From the NCBI GenBank assembly GCA_002269645.1, contig NIVC01000874.1, forward strand, positions 62,001 through 126,000: a DNA stretch of 64,000 bases. Reading direction: 5' to 3'. The notes under the pieces are model-generated. The model was not told where the DNA came from. It made no database searches and worked only from the letters and a program-made list of their open reading frames with translations. Shown here one piece after another: positions 1 to 12,300 of this stretch (position 1 is the first letter of the stretch; every line of letters begins with the position of its first letter). Source of the stretch: Macrostomum lignano. Lineage: Eukaryota. The translations under genes were made by a program, and so were the position numbers.

Positions 1-14
1 ATATATGGGCTATT

Positions 15-399
15 GGCAATAGTGCAGTTTTGTTTGCAAAATTATTTTTTGTTTAAATTTGAAAGTTCAAAAACGGGAAAACAATAACAATGATGTTTTA
101 AACCATTCTAGCAACTGTGCCAGAGCTCACTGGTCACAGAACTTTAAAGCAAATGGGTGCTCTATTAATATACTTTTTTCATTAAATCTGTGCCATGCTT
201 GAATACTACTTGAAATACAAGTTGTCTATGGAAAAAATAGTTTTAAAAAAATTAAAAAGGCTCAAGTGGGGGGGCTTGAACTGTTTCCCTTTAGCTGAGA
301 AGTTGCTAATAACTGCTTTTTTTGGATAACATTGTATCATGGCTAGATGACTACCAAGACCCTCGTGGATAATTTTGCAAACAAAACTGCACTATTGCC
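15..399. mobile_element. Non-autonomous DNA transposon (MITE), Merlin-like termini
   Basis: Perfect ~32-bp inverted repeat (14-45 TGGCAATAGTGCAGTTTTGTTTGCAAAATTAT vs 369-400). Flanks are gggctatt (7-14) and aggctatt (400-407), an 8-bp TSD with 1 mismatch; alternatively a 6-bp ggctat TSD if the ends are 14/400. GGCAA start with an 8-bp TSD fits Merlin; the superfamily is inferred. Confidence 0.7.
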
Positions 400-1151
400 A
401 GGCTATTGTCTATATAAATTAATTACCTTGGTAGGTTCAATACTTGAGTGGCAAGACATTGCTGACTATTAATTGCTAAACTACATAGCCATAGTGCAAA
501 GGATATCCATGTATGACAGAATGTAAATTAAAATTTTGGCTTATTGTACGACAATATTACAGTGATTGAAAAATGGTACTATTGGTGTATAATAAGATAT
601 AATAGGAATAAACACAAATAAATATAAATAATTTAAATATTTTCTAATTTTCTAAAGTGCAAAGTGCAAATAATGCATATCAGTTAGAAAAACAAAACAA
701 ATACTATGTTAATAACCAAGGGGTTTCTAGCTTTTGTACCATCTTTCCCAACTTATAACAAAAATCCTGTATTTATAATAGTTTACTTATTCCTAGAGAC
801 TTTTCCCCTTTTTACTAGGCAATCTGCTCTCTTTACTCTGCAAAATGCTTATTTCCACAATCTCTTGCTTTAGCTAGCCAAATGCCCTTAGTCTATCCAA
901 CACAGCTCCTCTATCCCATAATCTTGCTGAACTCAATAATCATTGACTTATACTCCTCAAATGACTAAGACAGAAAGACTGCTTAGATTTAGTTTGAACT
1001 AAAGAAAAGATTAACAAGTAGTATGAAGACGCACACGTCTTTTTGCCACCAGTGAACGGGCTTCTTTTTAGACGTGGGTCTTCATACTACTTGATAAACC
1101 TAGTTTTGTACCGATGAAAAAGAACTTTGAGAAGCTCAATAAAAATGTAAA

Positions 1152-1308
1152 TCTCTACTTCTCCCATTTTCTCTCTTTGTCTGTTCTGTTTCTCTCCACT
1201 CTAATCTCTCTCTAGTCTCCCCTCTCCTCTCCTCTCGCTTCTAGCTCTCGTTTTATCTCTTATCTTCTCTTTAGTCTTATCTCTTCTCTATTCTCTTTCT
1301 CTCTCATC
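1152..1308. repeat. Degenerate CT-rich microsatellite / pyrimidine tract
   Basis: Runs of ctct/ctctt are directly visible. Confidence 0.75.
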
Positions 1309-3102
1309 TGACCCGCAGCCATGAGCTGGAATCGAGTCTTCTATAATAGGCTTTAGAAGGCCTCGATATAAAAAAATTTCTAATGACTCCAGAGTGTAGC
1401 AGGGTTATCAGGGTTATATTTTGCAAAGAAAGCTATAAATAAAGTCTTTCCAAAACACTGTACATTCCTACTTCAGAAGCCGTATCGCCTGACTTTTTAG
1501 TCGGGGGGAGGATTGTACACGTAGTGACTTGGATCTTGCGCCCGACAAACTTTGTACTGGGCTTGCAATTCAAATGTGCAGTTAAAGAGCTAAATTTAAT
1601 ACGAAATTCTAATCACGTGACGCCCATTTATCGATCTAATTTCCCTTGGTCTGTGTGCGAGTCAAATGAAGCTCTATTACACGCCCTCCAAACCAAGCCG
1701 CCAAGCCCTCTCGCGTTGCCACAACCCCACTTGGAAGGGACGGGTGTGTACATTGTATGTACGATTATTCCTTCCTTTCCTTTCCTTTCCTTCCTTTCTA
1801 ACCAGCTTAACTCAGCCCAATGCCAAAGCCATGCAAGCAATCACATGCAAATGCAGATTATGCAAAGCGGTATGCAGCTTAATGTGATGAATTTCGATGC
1901 AAAAAAGGCATTTTTTACATGAAAAAAACATCGAATGGTTATGAAATTCAAGAAATTTGTTAAATTAACTATATGGAATACTGTGCATTGGTTTCAGTGC
2001 GAAATTCCTACCATTTCCAGTTTAAATAGCCCCGGAACTAACATGAAAGTAAAAAGTCAAGTTTTCAGTTTTTTATCAATAATTTTTTACTAAATAAACC
2101 GAATCACTAGAAATTGCACACAAATATACCTCGTTTTTTGGGAAATCAGCCGTCATAAAAATAATGCTGTCTTATTGCGTTTTTTTGCCTGATTTCAAGC
2201 AAAATATTAAAAAATCACTACTCTGATCGATTTCCAATCACTTTTGACACATGAGCACTTGTTGCAGACACTCAAAAACTTGGTCAATTTTAGCCAGACA
2301 TTAGTACAACTCGTTGCAGTATCCACATTTGATCTAGCATTCTTTTAAAATTTTAATCACCCATTTTCTGGCACTCAATCAGCCAAAAATCACAAATTAT
2401 CGATTTCTGATCGATTTTTCAATCCGAAAGCAGCGAAAGCAGATGGCAGCAATTTACACCAATATAGTACAGCAACTATGCTATAGAAATTCGATATTGG
2501 CTTATTCGCACCATGTTCTCAAAATTATAATGAGCAATAATGCAAAAGTCATGTGATTTTTTGAAAAAATCGATTTTTGTCAATTTTCTCAGCACTGCAG
2601 AAGTGTAGGAAAACAAAACTTTAGACACTTGTAGATATTTGCATTGCGCATCCAAATGCACTGCTTTGAAGCCGAAACTTAAAAAGGTTCGTAGGAAAAA
2701 GTGGGGAAATAATAAAATGAGGGTCATTTTTTTACCCAAAAAACCCACCAAAACTACATAAAGATACCAAAATAAATCAAAGCGCCATATACCATTTTGT
2801 AGGAAATTTAGTTTTACAACTTTGATTCTCAGATGTCGAAGCTGTATCTCGTAAGGTGTACCAGAATTTTGAGATCCTAGAAGCACTTTTGAAAAAATCG
2901 TCTTTCCAGTTATTTTACGGCTCATTTAAAAAATCTCTGCGTTTAAAAGTACATTCATTCGATAGATCTAAAAGTTTTCTATCGATCGACACCTCACTCA
3001 ACTCAATCAGTGCAGTGGTTGCAAAACAGGAGCATTTTTTGGCGGAAAAACGTGAAATTTCAAAATGCATTAGAGTCTAACTTATTTACTCGTAAATACT
3101 TT

Positions 3103-3243
3103 CTAGCCCATGTCGGCCTTCGGCCGCCATGGGTAGAAATTATTCACTCGCCCTCGGCCCCTGGCGGGGCCTCGGGTTCTCTCACTCTCGCCCGACGCCG
3201 CCTTTGGCGGCGCCGGGCTCGGCTCATTCACTGGTGGAACTAG
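3103..3243 (+). other. Cluster of three GC-rich hairpins ending in CTAG (candidate Helitron-like 3' end)
   Basis: Stems: cccatg-t-cggcc(ttc)ggccg-c-catggg; ggcccc(tggc)ggggcc; gcccg-a-cgccgcc(ttt)ggcggcg-c-cgggc (3190-3218). CTAG at 3240-3243 is followed by T. The surrounding sequence is AT-rich. Confidence 0.4.
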
Positions 3244-4596
3244 TTAGGCTAACTTCCAAGGTTGAAGTATTTTGGCATCTATTTCACTTCTGTTTATACT
3301 ACTGAAAAATATTCCCACTGGCTAATAATCATGATTAAAACAAAAATTCCATTTATAACAAAAATAGCTACATTGGTAAAATAAAATTTGTCTATGTAAA
3401 ACAAACAATGTATTTAAACAAATGATTATGTTTAAAAATGTTTTTGGCAGGAATTCAATTTAGTGATAAACTATTAATAATTTATAGAATAACATGCACC
3501 TTATTATAGTTGGCTTCCCTAAATATTATTTTGCAAATTATTAAGTAAACAAAATAATTACTATAAGTAGTCACAACATTGTATTGTATAGGCACCAAAA
3601 ACTGAGCAATATAATAATCATAAAGAAATAGCAGACTTTAAATATAAAAGACATATAGTTCATTAGGTTCACAAAATAAGAGTTCATATAAAAATAATGT
3701 TCACAAAGTTCACATAGGCTGAGAGCCTATAAAAACATACGAGTAAGAGCAAAATTCACCCAAAGATAAGCATATTCATATGGTCACATGAAATTAATGC
3801 AAATAAAAATAAACAGAATAAATATGCAATTTACAGGGTCAAATGAAATTAGACTAATAAAATTTATAAAAAATAAGCATAAGATAAATTTCATAATTAT
3901 GAATTATTTCATAAAAATTTCATTTGATGATGGTATCTCTTGTTTATATAGCTTCTTAATTAGTCTAGCTCTGGTCTTTTTCTTGGGCTGGTTTCTTTTG
4001 TAAATTGCTTCTGCTGCTTGGCTTCCCTTGTCTTAAAGCTCTGCAGTTGGCATACTGGGCTGGCCCCCTTGTCTATTGGCTCTTTGGCCGAGTTCGGTAC
4101 TAATGTCATGTTATCGCTATGCACTATTTGTTTATTGCCTGCTAGCTCTCCATTCTATTGAATTTTAAAAACAATTTCCAAAATCTGCTTTAGCACTGTA
4201 GGCTGCTCTTTTCTTTTTGTGAAACTTATGTGATTCCTTATTCTCTGATTGCAGATTATTAATTAGTACTAGACTTCCTAATGCAATATTTTTGGGCTTT
4301 TTAAGATTTTCTGAACTTTCTTGTCTATAAATAAGAAGGTGAAAATCAACATTAAATTTACAGCAACGCATTTTGCACTAAACTGTGCATCTTCAGGCTA
4401 GGTTTATTTTTGAGTGAAAAAACAAATGAGAACCGCAATAAATACAAATTTTTGGGGTTGTAAATTCAATCAGTATTTAATATTTGATATTCAAAGTACA
4501 TGTTTATTGGTCCAAAAGTTAAGAGGCAGAGTCCAGGGACAGAATGGTAGTCGAAATAGTTAGAAGTATAATAATGTACATCCAGTGCCCCCTCCC

Positions 4597-5121
4597 TCAA
4601 AACACATGGAAAACATGTCCCGCACCACTGTGTTGGAATTGAGTGTTGAGGTTGGGGGAATGCACTTTAATGTACAGCGCTTCAAGTATCTGGAGTTTGG
4701 AGTCAAAATAGCATTGATCAATGACTTTGGTGTGCTCTTTGGGTTTGCAGTTGGAGCAACTATTGCATTCTAAGAGGTGGTTTTGGATAGCCGACAGTTT
4801 CAGCCAGTGCTCCCTGATTCTAGTGTGCAGGTGCCTTTTTGTCTTCCCCACGTAGGACATGCTCTGGCCATCAGAGCAATTGAACTGATAAATGACACCA
4901 ACACGAAGAGCACAGGGAACATGTGACTTCATTGATTAGAACCGTCGGCTATCCAAAACCACCTCTTAGAATGCAATAGTTGCTCCAACTGCAAACCCAG
5001 TGCTTTAAAGTCATTGATCAATGCTCTTTGACTCCAAACTCCAGATACTTGAAGTGCTGTACATTAAAGCACATTCCCCCAACCTCAACACCCAACTCTA
5101 ACACAGTGGCGCAGGACATGT
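4597..5121 (-). mobile_element. Penelope-like retroelement fragment (GIY-YIG endonuclease end) in inverted-repeat arrangement
   Basis: ORF 4597-4932(-) has YVGKTKRHLHTRIREH...HLLEC...LQILEALYIKVHSPNLNTQ, typical of the C-terminal GIY-YIG domain of Penelope elements. Segment 4613-4799 is repeated in inverted orientation at 4940-5121. Confidence 0.8.
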
Positions 5122-5929
5122 CCTCTGTTTGAGGAAGTCTTGAAGTCCAGTTTGGAGGAAGGTTCTAGAAACCACAAGAACATTCTCAACAACTGGATAG
5201 TCAAGTACTTTACTTTAGTAGGTCTAGTCTAAGCCTAGGTCTAGGTCTAAGCCCTTGCAGTGATAATGACAAGTAACTTTGGATAGGTGTTTTTATTTAA
5301 AAAAGGTTTAAATGTATTCATTTTATACTAAAATTAAAAGTAAACTATAAAATAAAAAGCAATTTAAAGTTTAAAGTTGTCAGGTCATAGCAAGATTTCT
5401 AGAATTGATATTTTGTTTTACTTTTTACAAAGGCTAAATGATTTTGTTGTTCAAACTTTCCATTTTTCTAATACAACATGATTTTGCCAAAATTCATATA
5501 AAATGTTTTTTGCTCAGAATTATAGCTATTGTTTTTTCTATAGTTGCTGAAACCTAGATACCTATTTTACTTTGATTGCTATACAACCCTATTGAAATAC
5601 TTTTCAATAGCATGAATATGTATGCTTGTCAGATGCCTATAATTCTAGGTATGCTATACCATATTAATACCATTTTAAGGAGTACTAGACAGAAGACACC
5701 AATAACAATTTTTAGACATGCTAGGCTGCAGACTGCACTGTTACCAGATTGTGGCATTCCTATGTTGTGTCGCAACTATCTGTGCTTAAATTCTCTATGC
5801 TGCACCGGACAGCATTTATAAAAAAGAGCTGGAGGCCATATATTAGAACTTCACTATTGATGGACGTATTTAATGATATTGATGTTCATTAATGCTTTTC
5901 CTGCATGCTCTACGCCCTCAGCAGCAGCC

Positions 5930-6352
5930 ATGGGCGACTTGTTCCGCAGCCAGGAGATGACCCTCTGCCAGCTGTTCCTGCAGGCCGAGGCCGCCTTCGC
6001 CTGCGTGTCCGAGCTGGGCGAGCTCGGCCTCGTGCAGTTCCGCGACCTCAAGCCCGACACCAACGCCTTCCAGCGAAAGTTTGTCAACGAAATCCGCCGC
6101 TGTGACGAGATGGAGCGGAAGCTGCGCTACTTGGAGAAGGAGATCAAGAAGGACAGCGTGCCAGTGCTGGACACCGGCGACAATCCCGAAGCTCCGAATC
6201 CCCGCGAGATGGTCGACCTTGAGGCCAACCTGGAGAAGCTGGAGAACGAGCTGCGCGACGTCAACGCCAACGAGGAGTCGCTGAAGAGGAATTACCTGGA
6301 GCTGACCGAGCTCAAGCACATCCTGCGCAAGACCCAGACTTTCTTTGAGGAG
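5930..6352 (+). CDS. ATP6V0A1: V-ATPase a, coding exon 1
   Basis: From ATG in gccATGG context to ...FFEE|gtgagg (phase 0). A possible acceptor ccctcag lies just upstream, ending at 5921. Confidence 0.95.
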
Positions 6353-9300
6353 GTGAGGCTGACTCATTTGGTGACTCATTTGGATGGGGTGAGGCGGATG
6401 GGGTGACTGGATGGGGTGACTCATTTGGATGACTCATTTGGATGGGGTGACTTATTTTTGGATGGGGTGACTCATTTGGATGGGGACTGACTCATTTGGA
6501 TGGGGTGACTCATTTGGATGGGGGGTGGACTCATTTGGATGGGGTGACTCATTTGGATGGGATGACTCATTTAGAGAGGTTGAGTCATTTGGATGGGGGT
6601 TGCGGAGCAGCTCGGGCCAGCTGCAGGTCTCTCAGGAGATTCAGGTCTACAATGCCCGAGTGTGCGGCACTGTGCAAACGTCCATTTCCCGACATGCAAG
6701 GGAAGAGTCACTCGCAGTCTAAGCTGTGCGCAGCCCTCCGATTCAATCAGGGCCGAACCGAACTTGGTTTTGGCCAGCCAAGGCTGGAGGCCGCAGCGGC
6801 CTGTTCGGCTTTCTTATCTTGCCTGCGATATCTTGCGACTGTTTCAGTTTGCCCGCTTTGAATCTGTGACTCTGCTGCGCACGAAGCTGTTAACAGTTTG
6901 GCTGTCAAAGTTGCCATTACAGCAGCAGTATTGAATTTCTAGTTTTAAACTGTGCAGGGTTGCAGTTGCAGTTTAAAGTGGGCCCAAGTGTGACTAAACT
7001 AAGCAAGCGGTGGCAATATTGTGAATCATCGATTTAATTGGGTTAAAAAAAGTTTGCCGACCCCTGATGCAATCCAATATGAAGCCTACGACATGAAAAA
7101 TGCTCTTATTTAAAGATTTATATATTTTCCTATCCATAAAGTGTATATTTTTTAGGCAGTGAAACTCAGATTGTGTTCAGATGAAACAGGAAATTTCCTC
7201 ACTCGCTCTTGATATCAGTCGGTATCTTTTACGATAGTATCCGGTATGCAGCCTACTCGTGAGTAGTAATTGTTGCTCCCTGGCCCATCGCGCCGTGTCG
7301 CGCATTTGCCGCCTTAGACAGTCGATCAGCACCGAGGCGGCGCGCTTGGCCGCGCCCTCGGCGCCGGAGGTTCTCAGCGCCAGCGGCACCAGTCGGACGA
7401 GCGGGCCAGCCTGATCGGGGCTGGTGGCAGCGCTGAGGAGGCCTGGCCTCAGGCTGGCGGCCTGCAGCTTCAGTGAGTAACTCAGTGCGAGCCGTGGCAG
7501 GTGAAAGTCTCCGGTCTGCAGGGCACCTGCGTTTTAGTTCGTCCGGCCTTTTCTTATCTGTCGTTTGTTGTCCGTGGATAATTCCATTTGAATCCGTATT
7601 ATGGAAAATTCCATTGAAATGCTACTATGGAAAATCCATTGCAATGCTACTATGGAAAATTCCATTGCAGTGCTACTATGGAAAATTCCATTTGAATCCG
7701 TACTATGGAAAATTCCATTGAAATGCTACTATGGAAAATTCCATTGCAGTGCTACTATGGAAAATGCCATTTGAATCCGTACTATGGAAAATTCCATTGA
7801 AATGCTACTATGGAAAATTCCATTGCAGTGCTACTATGGAAAATTCCATTTGAATCCGTACTATGGAAAATCCATTGCAGTGCTACTATGGAAAATCCAT
7901 TGCAATGCTACTATGGAAAATTCCATTGAAATGCTACTATGGAAAATTCCATTGCAATGCTACTATGGAAAATCCATTGCAATGCTACTATGGAAAATTC
8001 CATTGCAGTGCTACTATGGAAAATTCCATTGCAATGCTACTATGGAAAATTCCATTGCAGTGCTACTATGGAAAATTCCATTGCAATGCTACTATGGAAA
8101 ATCCATTGCAATGCTACTATGGAAAATTCCATTGCAATGCTACTATGGAAAATCCATTGCAATGCTACTATGGAAAATTCCATTGCAGTGCTACTATGGA
8201 AGATTCCATTGCAATGCTACTATGGAAAATTCCATTGCAATGCTACTATGGAAAATTCCATTGAAATGCTACTATGGAAAATTCCATTGCAGTGCTACTA
8301 TGGAAAATTCCATTGCAGTGCTACTATGGAAAATTCCATTGCAGTGCTACTATGGAAAATTCCATTGCAGTGCTACTATGGAAAATTCCATTGCAGTGCT
8401 ACTATGGAAAATTCCATTGCAATGCTACTATGGAAAATTCCATTGCAATGCTACTATGGAAAATTCCATTGAAATGCTACTATGGAAAATTCCATTGCAG
8501 TGCTACTATGGAAAATTCCATTGCAGTGCTACTATGGAAAATTCCATTGCAGTGCTACTATGGAAAATTCCATTGCAGTGCTACTATGGAAAATTCCATT
8601 GCAGTGCTACTATGGAAAATTCCATTGCAGTGCTACTATGGAAAATTCCATTGCAGTGCTACTATGGAAAATTCCATTGCAGTGCTACTATGGAAAATTC
8701 CATTGCAGTGCTACTATGGAAAATTCCATTGCAGTGCTACTATGGAAAATTCCATTGCAGTGCTACTATGGAAAATTCCATTGCAGTGCTACTATGGAAA
8801 ATTCCATTGCAGTGCTACTATGGAAAATTCCATTGCAGTGCTACTATGGAAAATTCCATTGCAGTGCTACTATGGAAAATTCCATTGCAATGCTACTATG
8901 GAAAATTCCATTGCAATGCTACTATGGAAAATTCCATTGCAGTGCTACTATGGAAAATTCCATTGCAGTGCTACTATGGAAAATTCCATTGCAATGCTAC
9001 TATGGAAAATTCCATTGCAGTGCTACTATGGAAAATTCCATTGCAATGCTACTATGGAAAATTCCATTGCAATGCTACTATGGAAAATTCCATTGCAATG
9101 CTACTATGGAAAATTCCATTGCAATGCTACTATGGAAAATTCCATTGCAATGCTACTATGGAAAATTCCATTGCAGTGCTACTATGGAAAATTCCATTGC
9201 AATGCTACTATGGAAAATTGAGTTGAACTTTTACTATAGTAAAAAACTCTGTATTAATTTTTTCGACGACTTTTGAACATTAATCGTAATTATCTGTATG

Positions 9301-12300
9301 GGATTTTTTAACTTGCGTCCTGTTTGTTTGGTAAGTCGTTTTTCTGGTTCCGATATAGTTCTGTTGTGTTGCTGTGCAGTGTCTACCTGTTGTAAAAAGC
9401 TTTAATAAGCAAGTCTCAAGCTGCTCTCGAGCTTCCTGTGCACCTTTGATTGATCTGACCGCCATCGATCAAAACCCGCCAAAGGCGCAGGGCCGCGTCA
9501 CCGACGAGGAGTCCTGGAGCAACGCGCTCTACCGGGCCGACGTCGCCCTCACCGCCAGCGGCGGCGGCGTCGGCGGTGGCGACTCCGCAGCGGCGGAGGA
9601 GGCCGCGTCAGGAGGGGGTCGGGGCTTCCGGTTTGAGTGAGTCCTGAGGGTCAGGTGGACAGGTGCGCTGTTGACCATCCAGAGCTGTCTAGTAGATTTT
9701 TTAGATAATATAAGATTTTTATCACCAATATTCGATTGCAGTACAATCATTTTCTCTGAGATTTTCACTGGGAATTCGGATTGATTCAGTGCTTTTTCGA
9801 TTATTTATTCATTTCCCAGAACATTTTCTATGACACCTCATGGTATCAGATTTTATCTACTCTCTGCTTGCTGCGTCCCAAATGTATAGAATGACACTGC
9901 TGGTCCACCCCAGACCTCTGTTGACCCATTATTCACCTCTCTGCTGAATCACCCCAGACCTCTGTTGACCCATTATTCACCTCTCTGCTGAATCACCCCA
10001 GACCTCTGTTGACCCATTATTCACCTCCATGATGATCCACCCAAGACCTCTGTTGATTCATTATTGACCTCCCTGATGATCCACCCAAGACCTCTGTTGA
10101 TTCATTATTGACCTCCCTGGTGACCCACCCAGGTCTCTGTTGACCCATTATTCACCTCTCTGCTGAATCACCCCAGACCTCTGTTGACCCATTATTCACC
10201 TCTCTGCTGAATCACCCCAGACATCTGTTGACCCATTATTCACCTCTCTGCTGAATCACCCCAGACATCTGTTGACCCATTATTCACCTCTCTGCTGAAT
10301 CACCCCAGACCTCTGTTGACCCATTATTCACCTCCATGATGATCCACCCAAGACCTCTGTTGATTCATTATTGACCTCCCTGATGATCCACCCAAGACCT
10401 CTGTTGATTCATTATTGACCTCCCTGGTGACCCACCCAGGTCTCTGTTGACCCATTATTCACCTCTCTGCTGAATCACCCCAGACCTCTGTTGACCCATT
10501 ATTCACCTCCATGATGATCCACCCAAGACCTCTGTTGATTCATTATTGACCTCCCTGGTGACCCACCCAGATCTCTGTTGACCCATTATTGACCTCTCTG
10601 ATGACTCACCCAGACTTCTGTTGACCCATTTTTGACCTCTCTGATGACCGACCCAGACCTCTGTTGACCTATTTTTGACCTCTGCTGACCCACCCCTGAC
10701 CTCCCTGCTTTCAGTAAATAATAAGTAATATCGCAGCTATGTAAATTGCATTTATCAGTGATTTTTTGACAGTTTGATCTGACAAACCGTGAATTCGCAT
10801 CCTATGTTGACTATGATTATAAGCCCACCATTGCTTTATATCGAAGCCGCGTTTTAATGCTATTTAATGCCCTGTGCAGACCGGAGACTTTTCAACCTGT
10901 GATTTTCCTGTTACACTGAATAAGAAAAGCTGGGGTTTCCGGCGCACCGGAAGTTAACTGGAAGCTGCGGCCTCGCCGGTGATCCCGCAGATTCTTGGCC
11001 GGAGTGCTGCTTCGGGAGCGCCTGCCGGCCTTCGAGCGGATGCTGTGGCGCGTCTGCAGGGGCAACGTCTTCCTCAAGCAGGCCGACATTGACGTGCCGC
11101 TGGAGGACCCGGCCTCCGGTGACGAGGTGCTCAAGGCCGTTTTCATCGTGTTCTTCCAAGGCGACCAGCTCAAGAGCCGCGTGAAGAAGATCTGCGAGGG
11201 CTTCAGGGCCAGCCTGTACCCCTGCCCAGACAGCCAGGCTGAGCGCAGGGAGATGGCCATCTCCGTGATGACCCGCATCGAGGACCTCAACACCGTGCTC
11301 AACACCACCGTTGACCACCGTCGCCGGCTGCTCATGTCGGCCGCCAAGAACCTGCGGCTCTGGTTCATCAAGGTCGGCAAGATCAAGGCCATCTACCACA
11401 CGCTCAACATGTTCAACGTTGAGGCCACCAGCAAGTGCCTCATTGGCGAGGCCTGGTGCGCGGTTGACGACCTGGACAAAATTCACCTGGCTCTGCGCAG
11501 GTGAGACTGCTCATTAATCTGTGTCATGATTGCGCACCAGCTACTGTCAGTAGTGCAGTACAGTGTACAAATATGCGCACCAGCTACTGTTAGTAGTGCA
11601 GTACAGTGTTTGGTGTACTAATGTGCGCACAAGCTACTGTCAGTAGTCCAGTACAGTGTATAGTGTACTAATGTGCGCACAAGCTACTGTCAGTAGTGCA
11701 GTACAGTGTATAGTGTACTAATGTGCGCACAAGCTATTGTCAGTAGTGCAGTACAGTGTATAGTGTACTAATGTGCGCACAAGCTACTGTCAGTAGTCCA
11801 GTACAGTGTATAGTGTACTAATGTGCGCACAAGCTACTGTCAGTAGTGCAACAGTGCCTGGCCGCCCATCCCGCAGAGGCACAGAGCGGGCCGGAAGCTC
11901 GGTGCCGCCCATCCTGAACCGGATGACCACCCGGGAGGCGCCGCCGACCTACTTCCGCGTCAACAAGCTGACGGTCGGCTTCCAGAACATCATCGACGCG
12001 TACGGCGTGGCCTCCTACCGCGAGGCGAACCCCACGCCATTCGCCGTCATCACCTTCCCGTTCCTCTTTGCCGTGATGTACGGCGACTTCGGGCACGGCG
12101 CCCTGATGTTCCTGGCGGCGCTGTGGATGGTGCTGCGCGAGCGCCAGCTGGCGCCCACCACCAAGGCCTCGGAGATCTGGGCCACCTTCTTCAACGGCCG
12201 CTACATCATCCTGCTGATGGGCCTGTTCTCCGTCTACACTGGCCTCATCTATAACGATGTGTTCTCGCACTCGGTGAACATCTTCGGCTCCGGCTGGAGC

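Noticed and set aside
4450-5250. Hammerhead ribozyme in the Penelope pseudo-LTR
   Set aside because: No intact CUGANGA...GAAA core was found by eye; a covariance-model search would be needed.
7040-7066. hAT MITE right end (aaaagtttgccgacccctg)
   Set aside because: No matching left TIR or TSD was found, so the element could not be delimited.
7784-9276. Long repetitive ORFs (up to 480 aa)
   Set aside because: They are by-products of a stop-poor 26-bp array inside a V-ATPase intron; the same peptide appears in all three frames.
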